Of a stretch of DNA of 64,000 bases, positions 24,019 to 35,839 are shown in pieces. The stretch covers positions 62,001 to 126,000 of the forward strand of contig JAPEUI010000011.1 in assembly GCA_026025075.1 (NCBI GenBank), in the 5' to 3' direction. The notes under the pieces are model-generated. The model was not told the origin of the DNA and searched no databases. It saw only the letters and a list, made by a program, of their open reading frames with translations. The first letter of the stretch is position 1; every line of letters begins with the position of its first letter. Position numbers and translations under genes: made by a program. The DNA is from Vezdaea acicularis (lineage: Eukaryota).

Positions 24019-26726
24019 CTACGTGCTCTTGCCGTTGCTCAGTCCCACTCCGAACATATCCTCTTCCTCTGCCACCTCGCCCATCCTCGCGTCCACCGGG
24101 CTGAAATGATCCACCTCCTCCACCAACTCCTCATCCTCATCCTCTTCCTCGATGATCTCGCCACTGCGCCTCCCCTTTAAACTTGCACTGCGTCCAAGAC
24201 TACTGTCCCTTCTCTTATCACCCCCAAGGTTCAGCATGGGGCCTTTGAAGGGGCTCTTTTTCCGCTTCGCAAATACCAGACCCGGACTCTGCAGGCCACC
24301 GCTAGGGGTATGTGCACTTCCGCTATGGCCACTATGCCCGCCCCACAGGTTCTCCGGCCAAGCATTACGCACAACGCGCACGCCGGTTGGGAAGGCTGAG
24401 GTTGTCGGCGTGGCGGGTAGTACCTTAATCGAATTCCGTGGGGACCGGGTCGGCTTCGAGATAGAAGTGCTGGTTATGGAGGCGGAGGAAGTAGAGGAGG
24501 CTTTGGAGTGGGTGTGGACGTGGTGTATCGAGCGGATAGAGGAGACAGATGAAGACGTTGACTTACGGCCGCGCAGGCCAGAGGAGCGGCGATAGGAGGC
24601 GTGCGGGGTGTGGGGTGAAGGGGAGAGGGAGGTGCGTTTACTTGGGGTGGTATTTAGGCGGGGTGCGGGTTTGCGGGGGAGGACGTTTGCGCTGAGAGGG
24701 CTGAGACCTGGGGAAACGAGGGTGGGAGGAACTTGACTGGATGTGTTGTGAGAGGTGAGGGCTGGGAGGGGCTTTTCGGGGGGAAGGTTGGTCGTGGAAG
24801 TCAGGTTAGTTTTTGTATTTGGTGATTTGGCACGTTTGGCAGAGTCGAGCAGCCAGTGCTTGATTGATGCCAATTGGTTGAGGATTGCATGTTGATGTTT
24901 TCGGCGGGATCGCCGCTTATTATATACCGGAGAGAGAAGCTCGGGGTTAGATGAGACCAGCTGGAGAGTGCTGTTTCGTTGCCGACGAGGGGGTTCCTTA
25001 GGTGGGAGTGGAGGTCGATGTTGGGAAGAGCTTGCAGAGCGGATGGAATCTTTCTCAATAGGAGGGGGGGGGGTACTTGATCCAGGCGTGTCGAACTTAA
25101 TAGCCTCAGGCAAACGGGGGAGGTCAGGAGCTAGAACTTTGCGTATTATGTAAGCACTGGTTTAAAGTAAGCCAAGGCGAGAGAACTCACGAGCTGTTGT
25201 ACTCCTCCTCTCTTTCCGGCCACGACTCCGTGGAGGATCACCAAACGACGGGCTTCGGGCACCGCCTTCGTCGATTTCCTTCAGCATCGGCCCTAATCTC
25301 TCTAGTCGACTACTGGTCGCACTCAACCTCCTGGAGCTCCGGTTTTCAAGCTCTCTCTCTCTTCGCTTCCTTTCACGACGAACCTCTTTCCTTTCTTCCT
25401 TTTCGATCAATAAGGCCCACCATCCAGCAAGAGAGTCGCATCTTTGGGCTAGGACATTCTCAATGACCGTATCAATATCGACCCCGGCACTTCTCATCCG
25501 TTGTAGCGTATCTTTCTCGAGTTTAGTTGTAAATGGCGCTGGCTTTTGTACCTTCAAGATGGCTTGCTGGTTTGGTGCGTGCTCGGCGAGGAATGGGTGA
25601 GAAAGGATGTCGGATAGGGACGGGCGCAAAAGAGGTCGTTTGGAAAGGAGTTGTTTTATCAGGCTGATGGAGTCATCGCTGAGATGGTCGGGATATTTCG
25701 GTTCGCTCGTTAAGATGTATTTTTTCGTAACGTTGTCATCGTCGTCGTCAAATGGGAGTTCGCCCGTGAGTAACGCGTATAAAATGACCCCAAGGCTCCA
25801 TACGTCAACCTTCTCTCCAGCATATTTCTCCCCCTTTAGCATCTCGGGTGCACTATAGCAAACAGTTCCACAGAAAGTCTGCAGATAGCTTGCTTTGCCC
25901 TCATATTCCCGCGTGAATCCGAAGTCGCACAGTTTCACGTCATCGTTCTTGTCTAGTAAGATATTCTCGAGCTTGAGATCTCGATGGACGCAAGAGAGGT
26001 TATGCACGTATGAGACGGCGCCAACTAGCTGCGTAAAAATCTTCTGTACTTTTTCCAAAGATAAGCGGCCGTGTTTGAGGAGATAGTTGTATAATTCATC
26101 GCCTATGAAATCGTAACCCATTAGGATGAAGAATAGAGATAAAGTCTAAGGGAGGAAGTTTTTCACCAGGGCAGTACTCTAGGACCAACCAGACTAGGCT
26201 TTCGGTCACAATTACTTCGTATAGGCGTGCTATATGTGGATGTAGGAATTGTCGATGGTGGTGAATTTCTCTTGCGAGGTTCGAGTCGACTTTCTCCGCA
26301 GACTTTAGGACAACCTACTTCTAGCATCAGCAACTACCCTTAAGCTCTTTCCTCTTGCATCCGAAGTTACCTTCGAGCCGTTTGTAAGCTTGTGTGTTGC
26401 AAGATAGACCTTGCCAAATGATCCTTTGCCAATAAGTCGCCCGAGCGTATAGTTTCCTACATTGCGCAGCTCTCTCGAAGAAAATTCCCTAAAAGAGTAA
26501 GAAAGAATGTTAGCTGAGATCAGAAGGTCTCTAGAGTAAGTATGCCTACTCTAGTAGCTCATTGTACGAGCTAGCAAGCTATTGCCCATCCCGCGCATGT
26601 TAGTACAGCTTTGGGTTTGCTTCTGTCTAAAATCCCAAAGCGGGAGGATAGCCAGGAAAGGTACAAGCATCGTCACACCTTAGCTTTCTTGCTCTGCGTT
26701 TCCGCTCTGGATTTGACTTCCTGCAT
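24019..26726 (-). CDS. Ser/Thr protein kinase, CAMK/AMPK-related group (resembles S. pombe Ppk16 type)
   Basis: Spliced N-terminus MQEVKSRAETQSKKAK|LASSYNELLE|EFSS..GNYTLGRLIGKGSFGKVY. Catalytic motifs HRDLKLEN, DFG, TFCGTVCYSAPE and DVWSLG; long Ser-rich C-terminal exon. Five introns. Confidence 0.92.
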
Positions 26727-27396
26727 AAAGCCAAAGGGTACCAGTCTCGTAGCTCAGGAGCGGCGGATAACGGCTTCCTTGCGCGTGATTGCGACGATGA
26801 AACTTGGAATAGGTAAAGGAAGGAGATTCATGCTAGAGACAACTTTGAGAATGCCAGAAACGATCAAAGAGAATAGCTCAGAAAAATATAAAGCGGTTGT
26901 ATTACGCTCGAGCGTTGCACCGCTTCTTGACTGGGCCTGTTCAACGTGCTACAACGCTCGGGGCCTGGGAAATAATTTGCCCCAAGCGAGGCGGGACAAA
27001 TCGTCTCAGACGCTGATTGGCCACAAAAGCCAACATACGCAACCTTATTTATGGGCACAAGAGCATTGGACATGCCGGATTAAGGTTTTGCAATGCGGCA
27101 AAATCCAAGTACGGTTGCAGCATAGGATAAACCAGTGTTGGTATGACTAAGCTAATCGAGCCTTGCCCAAGGAATCGTAGGACCAGCCAATACAAACGCT
27201 TTTAAGTATGCTCATGGCGCCTTCAATGCCCGAAATATCCCTCAATTTGCATGGATGCTAACAATAGCTAAGAGTCTTTAAAGTACGACCACAATCATGA
27301 CTCATGAGTGTTCGTAAGTCCTCCTCACGCCCACCAAGCCCAACAAGGTCATATAGATATACTTCGAGAACCAGGCGTATATCTCCAATCTATGTC

Positions 27397-30300
27397 CTAT
27401 CTCCGATTTGGAGAAGAATATCCATATGCCCACTCTAGGTCCCCACTGCCAGAAGACATGTTGCGGCGACTGTTTCTACGAGAAACTGTCCGCCCACTGG
27501 CCAGAGGCTGCGCTGTTCTGTTACTGCTTGTGGGCGAATGAGGCTGTCCGGTGAAAGGACTAGGGGGGTTGTGAGAAGTTTCGGGAGGTTGTCTTCCAGC
27601 CGCTGAGCCTTGCTGGCCATGTTGAGATGTAGTGACCGCTCTGGCTTGACCGTTGACCCTATCTCCTGGGGTCTGGCCTCGCTGGTTGTTATGATTTTGC
27701 GTTGAAATCTGCTGAGGGGCAACCTCTCTCCTAGCAATAACCTCTCTCCTAGAAGCAATCACTTCACCGACGCGACGGGCCTTTTCATCAGCGGTAAGCG
27801 GCGCAGGTCTTTGGCGTGGGCTTGCAATGCCAACGCCCTCACCTAAGACACGAGGTGACGATGACGGGGGGGCGGTCGCCCCCCTGAGTGAGCGTGATGA
27901 ATTTTGAGACCTAATACGTTGTTGAGATGGTACATGACGCAAATTCGGATGTACATTTTGCGTTGAGTTCGAATATTGAGGAATTGTTTGTGGCAAGTCT
28001 CTCAAAGGGGCTTGCTGAGGTGGGCTATGAAGCTGTGACCGAGAGCCTCGGTGGCGAAGAGCAGTATTGGATGGAGCTCTCCTAATGGATCGATTTGATG
28101 CCGACTGCGAATTCATATGTAAAAAGAATGGATTGCCACTCATGTTGCGGGCGATACCAAGGCCGGGAGCTGATTGTGTTAGGGTGCTATGTATGTATGG
28201 GGGAGAAAAAGGAGACCCCGAATTGCCATAGTTATGGGCGGCCCTACTTCTAGGGCGTTCTACCCCATTAGTGATCGCTGGCGGCCTTGGCCCGAGGCTA
28301 GAGCCAACAAGCGTGGGTGAAGCAGGCCCGTCAATCTGGACCGTGGATGCAGGATTCGCACTAGAGTCTCTCACAGACCAAGGATCTTCAGTGAAGTTGA
28401 TTGCCGACTCCCTTCTTTGCGCTGCTGCGGAGCTCAAGGCATTACGTGCGTATACAGCAGAGTCGATTGGCTCAGAAGAAGCTCGGGAAGCGCTATGAGG
28501 GATGCCATTTGCTCTGATGTTTGGTAGTTGGTTCGTACTGTTGGACGCACTGGGAGACGAGCCAACGCTGATTGGTTGGGTAGTGTTATCGATATTAGAG
28601 AACGGTGACGAGAAAGGTATCGTTGAAGAGCCCGTGGCGTTCATTGCAGCTCTGTTTCGATTTGATGTGCGAGGCCTCTGCACAGGCGTGCGTGACCGGT
28701 TACCGGAATCTATGAGATGATGACTTTGCCCACTTCCTTGAGAATGTGCGGATCGTAAATTGTTTTGATGCTGAGCGAAGAGTAAGCTTATTTTTGGGTC
28801 ATACTCTGGAGCTCTAGCCTTTTGTATTCCTCTTCGTGACGACGAGTGGGCAGAACTATCCGAGAAAGAATCTGCTTCTACTTCGAGGCCGTTTTTGTCA
28901 TTGCTGAGATTAGTGGAGGGGCCGCGACGAGGTGCTTCTGCGTTTTGTAATGAGTTGGAAAAGATTCCATACGAGATACCTTTGGAAGCGGAAGGCTTAT
29001 TTCGGGCTTCATTGTCAGCTAAAGTGCATAGTTCGCCTCCAGAGTCGTCGTCATCCGCTTCACCGTCCTCGTAGCTAGCAGCAGCGGAAACGCTCACGGT
29101 AGAACTTTTCCGTCGTAAACCACGAGATCCCAAGGCACCGGTCCTTGATGGTGGTCGGATTGGCGGCTTGGGCCGATCAGCAGTCGGCGTCATTGAGCCC
29201 CCGAACCGAGATCTGTCTTCGTCGAAGGCAGGAGGCGTGCCGACTGTAGTCTTCGCATCATCATCATCATCGTCTGAGCCTACTGCTTCGTATCCTAGAA
29301 GAGCTTTACTGTCTTCCATATCTTGGTCTTCAGACGGAAGATGAATGGGTCCGTGTTGTCCGAGGCTCTGTTGCAATCTGTGTCTGCTCCTCCCATTCGA
29401 TATCTCACCTCCCTCATCGAAATCGTCTTCATCTTCCTCATCCGTTGTAGGTGTCCTTGGTTGCTTGCTGTGAGATCCAGTAGAGCTGATACTGCTACCT
29501 CCCTGGACTTGAGATAACCGAGATTGAGAACTGGAATTGGAAGGTCTCCGTGATCTTGACTCATCAAACATGTCGACATCATCGCCGACAACAAAAGAAT
29601 CGGTCTCATAATCTTCTTCCTCATCCTCTTCAGTTACTGTAGCCATCGAGCCTTCCTCAAGCCTATCTGCCATTACATTCGATGAAGGTCTCCAGTGATG
29701 AGCAGGCCGGGCGCTCCGAGAAGCAGGCCTCTGGATATAACCACTAGCCATTTCTCTCTGAAGTGTTAATGACGCAGCGTAGTAGTTCTCGGGCATATAG
29801 CGCTGTTCGTAGGCGTACATATCTTCGGCACCTATCATGTCCATATCGGTGTCCTCTTCGTCTGAATATATGACCGATTGCACGGTCGACGCTACATCAC
29901 TGAACCCACTGCCTAGAAGCATTCTTCCGTCGTTTCTGAACCGAGCACCACATTGCCCGCAGCATCCACTCTCTATTTCCCAATGACATAGAGGACAGCG
30001 GTTGACCCCATCTTCTTCATCCCTGACCGCTCTATACAGGCCAACGTCTGAATTAAAGCAGCCTCGGAAAAGACCCCCGGTTCTTGGGTCCTTGTTTGCT
30101 TTGTCACGTTCGACAATTGACGCTTCCTCCGACCGCAGTCTCTGATGTTCCCTAAAAGTTTCGTCGTTGACCTTGACATTTTCGCTTGTTGAGGCTGCCA
30201 TCAAGTCTGGTTTTTCAATAAAAGAGTCAACCATTTCTCGAATCTAGAGCCTATATTAGCCACAATGAAAACTATGCCGTCATGTCGGGTGCCCACAAGA

Positions 30301-31040
30301 TATACTGGTACTGGTACTTGTGCAACGTCACTACGACATTGCGGGCAAGTCTTGTTGTGCTTGTTGTCCGTGAACCATTGGCACAAACACTGGTGAAATT
30401 GTTAGGCTCGCCAATCAGCTGTCTGATCGTGTGATAAAGTCTACGTACGCTGTAGCAGAAAGCATGGCCACATGCAACTGAATAGGGTTCGTACAACAGT
30501 CTCGTGCAGATCTTGCATTCGATAATAGAACGTAGAGCTGTGAGACTTGCACGATAAGATTTGAGAAGCTAGAAAGGTGAAATTATTAACAGTTCCGCAG
30601 AATATTTTTCATAGCTGTCCCACCTTGTCTCTAGGGTCTATTACATGATCCGGCCGTAGAGGCGCAGCTTGCACTTTACCGCCATCTGTAGCTGACTGTG
30701 GTTGCCCCTTGGACTCATTCAACACTCTACTGGGCTTCCGATTCATCTTTATGCTAGTAATTCCTTCTGACTTTGCGTCATTGCTGGCCTTCGAAGTATT
30801 CGATCTTGACGATGAGGCTAGCGACTCGGAAGACCCTGTAGCACTTGGGCGCTTCCCCGTTGGATAGTTAGAGGGAGGATGAGTTGCTTGACCAGTAATG
30901 AGATGTTGAGATTGTGGTGAACGAAGCTGGTGATGGGTCCTGGAAGGGTCTGATGAAGGAGGGATGTTGACGTTCCCCAATCCCTTGAGCGATGTGCCTT
31001 GAGTAACATCGGAGCAAGAACTGGTCCGCAAAGGGTCCAT
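27397..31040 (-). CDS. C3HC4 RING E3 ubiquitin ligase, Psh1-like, with a long disordered C-terminus
   Basis: RING domain split by an intron: CKICTRLLYEPYSVACGHAFCYS|CLCQWF..KTCPQCR. A second Cys cluster EEDGVNRCPLCHWEIESGCCGQCG and acidic tracts resemble yeast Psh1. Confidence 0.8.
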
Positions 31041-31843
31041 GACTCGGCCTGTCCAGGCAGCACTGGGAGCCAGCGAAGGCAGTCCTTCACGGCCGTATTA
31101 TCATGCGTTCAAGACAACGTTGTGTGCTTTATTTAGTGAGGTCGACGTCGCTTCTCGAGACTATCACATTTAATAGAAGCGAGAACACGCTCTGAGAATT
31201 GCAGCTTTAGCCTCTCAAACTCTGAACTCTCTGGCTCGCTCACGTGCGCGTACCTAAAACAGCGTCTTGCAGCGCCTCAAATATTCGTCACTGGTGGCCA
31301 ACCAAGGAAGAGAGGACCAGGGTGAAATGGTATCGAGTTCCATTTGATAAGCGTGCACACATGCGGTCAAGCGCAAATCGCCAGGAAAGGTCTGTGCAGT
31401 TTTTTTTTGCTTTTTGAGACCCTAGACTCTGACTATTGGACGCACATGACGTCCGCGCATAAAAAGACGGCATTTCGCTGTTCTACGTTGGTGGATCTAG
31501 TCCCCATTTCCTAACTGTTGACACTGGCCGATGTCATATAAACATCACCAGAATATCGAATACACGCTTACGTACAGGGGTGAAGACATGGTTATTGTAA
31601 AGTACTGGTGATGCCATCAACAACATAAGAGAGTCGCTACGAACTGCCAATCTAGATCTTCTCGAGTTCTCCCGGAAGCCTCCCACCCCTAGCTGCTGGA
31701 AGAATCATCGCCAAAGAGATGGCGAACTTCGAACCATGGAAGCGCTATTGATCATTAATCGAATAAATCGAGAGAAATACGTTCGAAGAATGATGGTTCA
31801 TCCAATCCATTATCCTTTCGAGGCTCGAATTGAATCTGAATGA

Positions 31844-33102
31844 TTATCTGTTTCTTGCCCTCTTCATTCTACGGCCTTCTGACTCGCTTAACTGAGCTTG
31901 TGCTACGTGTCCCTTCGTAACATACTCTTCTTCGATAATTTCATTGTTGGTTCGCGCAATAAAAGCCTCTTGCTCTTTCAGAAATCCTTTCAGCGCCTTC
32001 GTGTTTACCTTCTTTCCTCCTCTCTTGTTCTCGCGGAGTTCCTTCAGTGCATTCCGAATGCGTTCTTCGAGTATTTCGAGTCTGTACTCGCTGAATTGAT
32101 AATACAATTCAGACAAGTCTGAAATTGGCCTCACCGTCGTAAGGACAGATTCTTCAGCCACATTGGGAGAACGAGGGCGGAAAGAAGTCACCATAGTAAT
32201 CCTTTCTGTCGCCCCGAGAGCGCGCAACGCCTGATGTTCAATGTAGCGACCTTGAAGGACTACTGCCGAACCCTATAAGAGAGGATCATCAGTCAACTTA
32301 GGGTTCCCTTTTATGGGACAAAACGAAACGTACTATCTGAGGGCCTCGAACTTTGAGGATGTCTCCCGTCCCTGTTCTGAGCGCTGTTTCGCCCCCGATC
32401 ATGGTAGACGCATCGGACAACATCAGGACACAAACAAAAGGGTAGCTATCATAGTGCCAACCGACCACTGGGCTCTCATCATCATCTGGACCTTTCTTCG
32501 AGTCGAAATCTCCACGTGGCCCTTTCCTTGTTGCTCTTTTATGCTGCGTAAGCTCTTCCTCCATTTGTCTTTGAGTCTTGACCGATAAGTTTATGTGAGC
32601 GATTTCGTAATCCATATTTGGGATTAAGTCGATGCCGGCAACCTTCGAGATCACGGCGAGAGTATCTGGATCCTTCCAAGCGTCATACACGAACGGAGCA
32701 TATCTGTAGCCTTAGTTACGTCTGCAATTCATTGCAGGCTCTTATTAGAACTTACTTTGGGGCAAAGCCTCTGAGCTGGCAAGCAGCAATGTCACTACTT
32801 TGACGACATCTGCTCCAAACTTTATCGCTGAGAATCTCCCCTCGCATGGCTTCTACGGCTTCCGTTGAAAATAGAGGGAAGGGCTCAGAAACAGCCACTG
32901 GTGAGACTCCGACTCCGTCCGGGAACCCGAGCTCTTTCATTGTGTACACTTTGCTGGGCTCTTGGAAAACAAGATGTCTCGCTGGATCAAACGTTAAGGA
33001 ATCGCTACTAGAAGGGACAACTCCGAGTCCACCCCCACTGATGATTGGCCTGGGGAGAAGACCTCGAGACCCCTTAGGGGCGAGAACGTTGCTAATAGTC
33101 AT
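31844..33102 (-). CDS. Uncharacterised Fe(II)/2-oxoglutarate-dependent oxygenase-like protein
   Basis: Three exons. HxD motif in VGWHYDSYPFVCVLMLSD, GGET, a distal His in YIEHQALRA, and ERITMVTSF (putative 2OG-binding Arg). Confidence 0.8.
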
Positions 33103-35305
33103 TTCGTACTTTGCCCTGTAGAAGAGGCTTTGCTAGTTGTGGAAATACTTTACAGCGGCGGTAAACCGGCTCAGGAACAGGGGCTGATGCGAAAATTAGG
33201 ACGATTCTGCTCGGCCCAACACAACACAATTCTACGAGTTTCGCCACTGCCACCACGCTAGCTGGGCTGGTATTTTACAAGAGCACTAAGGAAGAAAGCT
33301 TTGGATTGGCCTCTGTCCCTGTATCTTTGAACACAACGTGTATGTGGTCTTGCAAATATATCTGGAAAGGTTAGTGGAGAAGTATTGAGCACTAGGTGCA
33401 ATCAGACCCACAGTTTGTTGAAGCTGACGATAATATATGTTTTGGAGATAAAGAGAGGCCTTGCTGCCCTCTTTATAGCCATTAGGACATGGATCTTTTA
33501 CTCATGTTATGCAAAACTATGAATAAGTCATCCTACAGACAGCATGCCAACCATGCGTAAGCCTTAACTTGGTCTAAGGGCAACAGCCCAAGTAGGATTT
33601 CTTTCCGCTTCCGCCTGGATGAGCTTCGCTGTCAGAAGGCTTAGTGCCAATGACCTCCACACCAAATTTGTGTTACTCGAAAAGGCCTTGCCTGTCCTCG
33701 ACGGATGAAGTGTGGAGGCCTTGACTCTCATGAGCTACCGCCGGATGCTGTCTTATCGGCTATGGGCAATTTGGCCTGCCGGTCTTCACGACAGCTACTG
33801 TCGATAAAATTAACGAGACTGCTATACTAAAAAGTGCGTACTGTTAATCTGGATAATGGCTGGATATCATGAAGTTTACTATCAACAATTGAGATCTATC
33901 TGGAAATCTTTTCTCTTCTGGGGTGGTCCCTCGATATCCTCATGGCTTTAAAGAGGTTTTAGTTGAGGGATTCGACAACCATGACATATGGGAATGCTCG
34001 ACCGAGGCAATCGGTATAGTTTCATACTTGATCCTAATGGAGAATGCCAGCGGTACTGGGTGTGCGCTAGTAAAAGTCCAAGAACTCTGATAATGACGGG
34101 GCCAGGGTGTCAAGATAGCTGACCTTGGTGGCATTTAGAATCGAAGCCGGCATAGCCCGGTGTGGAGACACGTAAGATCGGAGAGGGGAGAAGATCAGTG
34201 AGGAGGAGGAATCGGTGTGGAGGAGGCATGATAAAACGTCCTGTTGAAAACAGTCACGATAGTTCGAAAGTCGACCGGCGGGATTTATTGACCTGATTTG
34301 GACGGTCCCGCGATCAATTGGCCAACAAGCGAACGACCATGCAGTTTCTACATCGCCTATCTCACACTTGAAACCTGATGCCGAGCATCACCATTGACGG
34401 TCTTTGCCGTCATCGGACATCTCTTGCGCATGATACCTTCGTCACTAGTAGGGTCGAGAGTTATTGAGCCAAGGCCTCTTGGAAGCCTCTGGTATCACTG
34501 GTATATATTATTGGTGTGAATGGTATTGTGAGAGGAGCACCACGCGATCAGTAACTACTGAGGACACATTTATGGAGATGTGCCCCTTGTGTGGCTGATG
34601 CTGTATTCCTACCCTAGCTAAGCCTTGACCATTGCATAATGTAATGGAAACGAGGCAATAAAAGCGACAACGGAAGCCTGATGTCAAATTGTCGCGCGAG
34701 CTAGCTCTGTTTGCCTCGTGGCTCAGAGACTAGGTCTAAGTGAGGAGAATGTGCAAGGAGATAACGGGGGTCGACCTTGATAAACGCAGCCCCTCCTTCA
34801 CACTCCAGAACGACGTGACTAGCATGGATGGCAAGTTGGGCTCGAAAGCCGAGCCATTCGCCATGGGCACCGCCTGCGTCCATACCCCAACACTTATCCT
34901 GCAGAGAGACGTGTCATGTATTGTTCTCGATGAAAGACAAACACCTTCAAAAAGGGGTTTCTAGGATTTGAATCAATCATCGAAGTAAGGAGCACTCAGA
35001 TAGATCTACTAATACCCCTGTAAAAGCAAATACGAATCTGTTAAACTTGCATATGTATACTCTCGACCGACAACCTACCATGCCTAAAACAGGCGAACCT
35101 CCCCTCACCTTTCCTTATCGATTGAGGTGTGGTACGCTAAAAGCGGGAGTCGAATGCCAAGGCTCAAGCTTCGGCACTCGCTTAGCCATTGCATACGCAA
35201 AGCTCGCAATGGAATGTTCCGTGGAAGACTCCTTATGCCCGAAGATATGAAGTGCTCCCTGGCGAAAGAGCCGCAGGTTTCGTGAGCTCACAGCACGACG
35301 TCATC

Positions 35306-35839
35306 ATGTCAACAGAGTCCTCCCAACAGCCCACGGAGGGCGATGAGCAAATCGAGCCCAGCCATACACCCTGGACAGCAACGGCGAAGTCTCAGTTCGA
35401 AAGGTACGTCAATCCTCACGTATTGTCTCCTCCCCCTTGCCTTTTTCCAAGCTGACGAATGGGCTAGTAAACAGTATAGCAAATATTTTGACCCTTGTCA
35501 GGAGGCTGCTTCTAAGAGCCTGAAGTGCCTCCATAGGAATGCAGGCGATAGGGAAATGTGCGCCGATTACTTCCAGTGAGTGACATCTACTACTGATATC
35601 CCGTCTCCTGTATTGTTGAAGTAGTGTATGCTATACGCGCCTGGCCTTCGGGCATAACCGGGGCGACTCAGAAGTTGGTGCTTTTGATGTATTGTAGGAG
35701 ATACTGATAAGGAAGATAGGGCTTATCGAGATTGCAAGAAGCAGTGGGTGAGTTGCGAGCTAATGTCCGTGGCGCCCTTACATGGCTGATAAGAGGGTGG
35801 CAGATGCTAGAGAGGAAAGAGGCTAAGAAGAAGGGATGA
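35306..35839 (+). CDS. COX23: Mitochondrial intermembrane-space twin CX9C protein, cytochrome c oxidase assembly factor
   Basis: Four exons giving ..FESKQYSKYFDPCQEAASKSLKCLHRNAGDREMCADYFQ|AYRDCKKQW|MLERKEAKKKG*, with two CX9C motifs. Introns 35404-35467, 35576-35719 and ~35749-35803. Confidence 0.9.
35603..35702 (+). ncRNA. Candidate structured RNA element inside COX23 intron 2
   Basis: Long G-U-rich outer stem (35603-35623 with 35679-35702) enclosing GTGTAT-gct-ATACGC, CGCCTGG/CCGGGGCG and a GCC-TTCG-GGC tetraloop hairpin. Paired by hand. Confidence 0.5.

Noticed and set aside
35576..35719. Possible stwintron or TPP riboswitch interpretation of COX23 intron 2
   Set aside because: Removing the putative internal intron does not rebuild a valid external donor, and the conserved TPP motifs (CUGAGA and the pyrophosphate-sensing loop) are absent.
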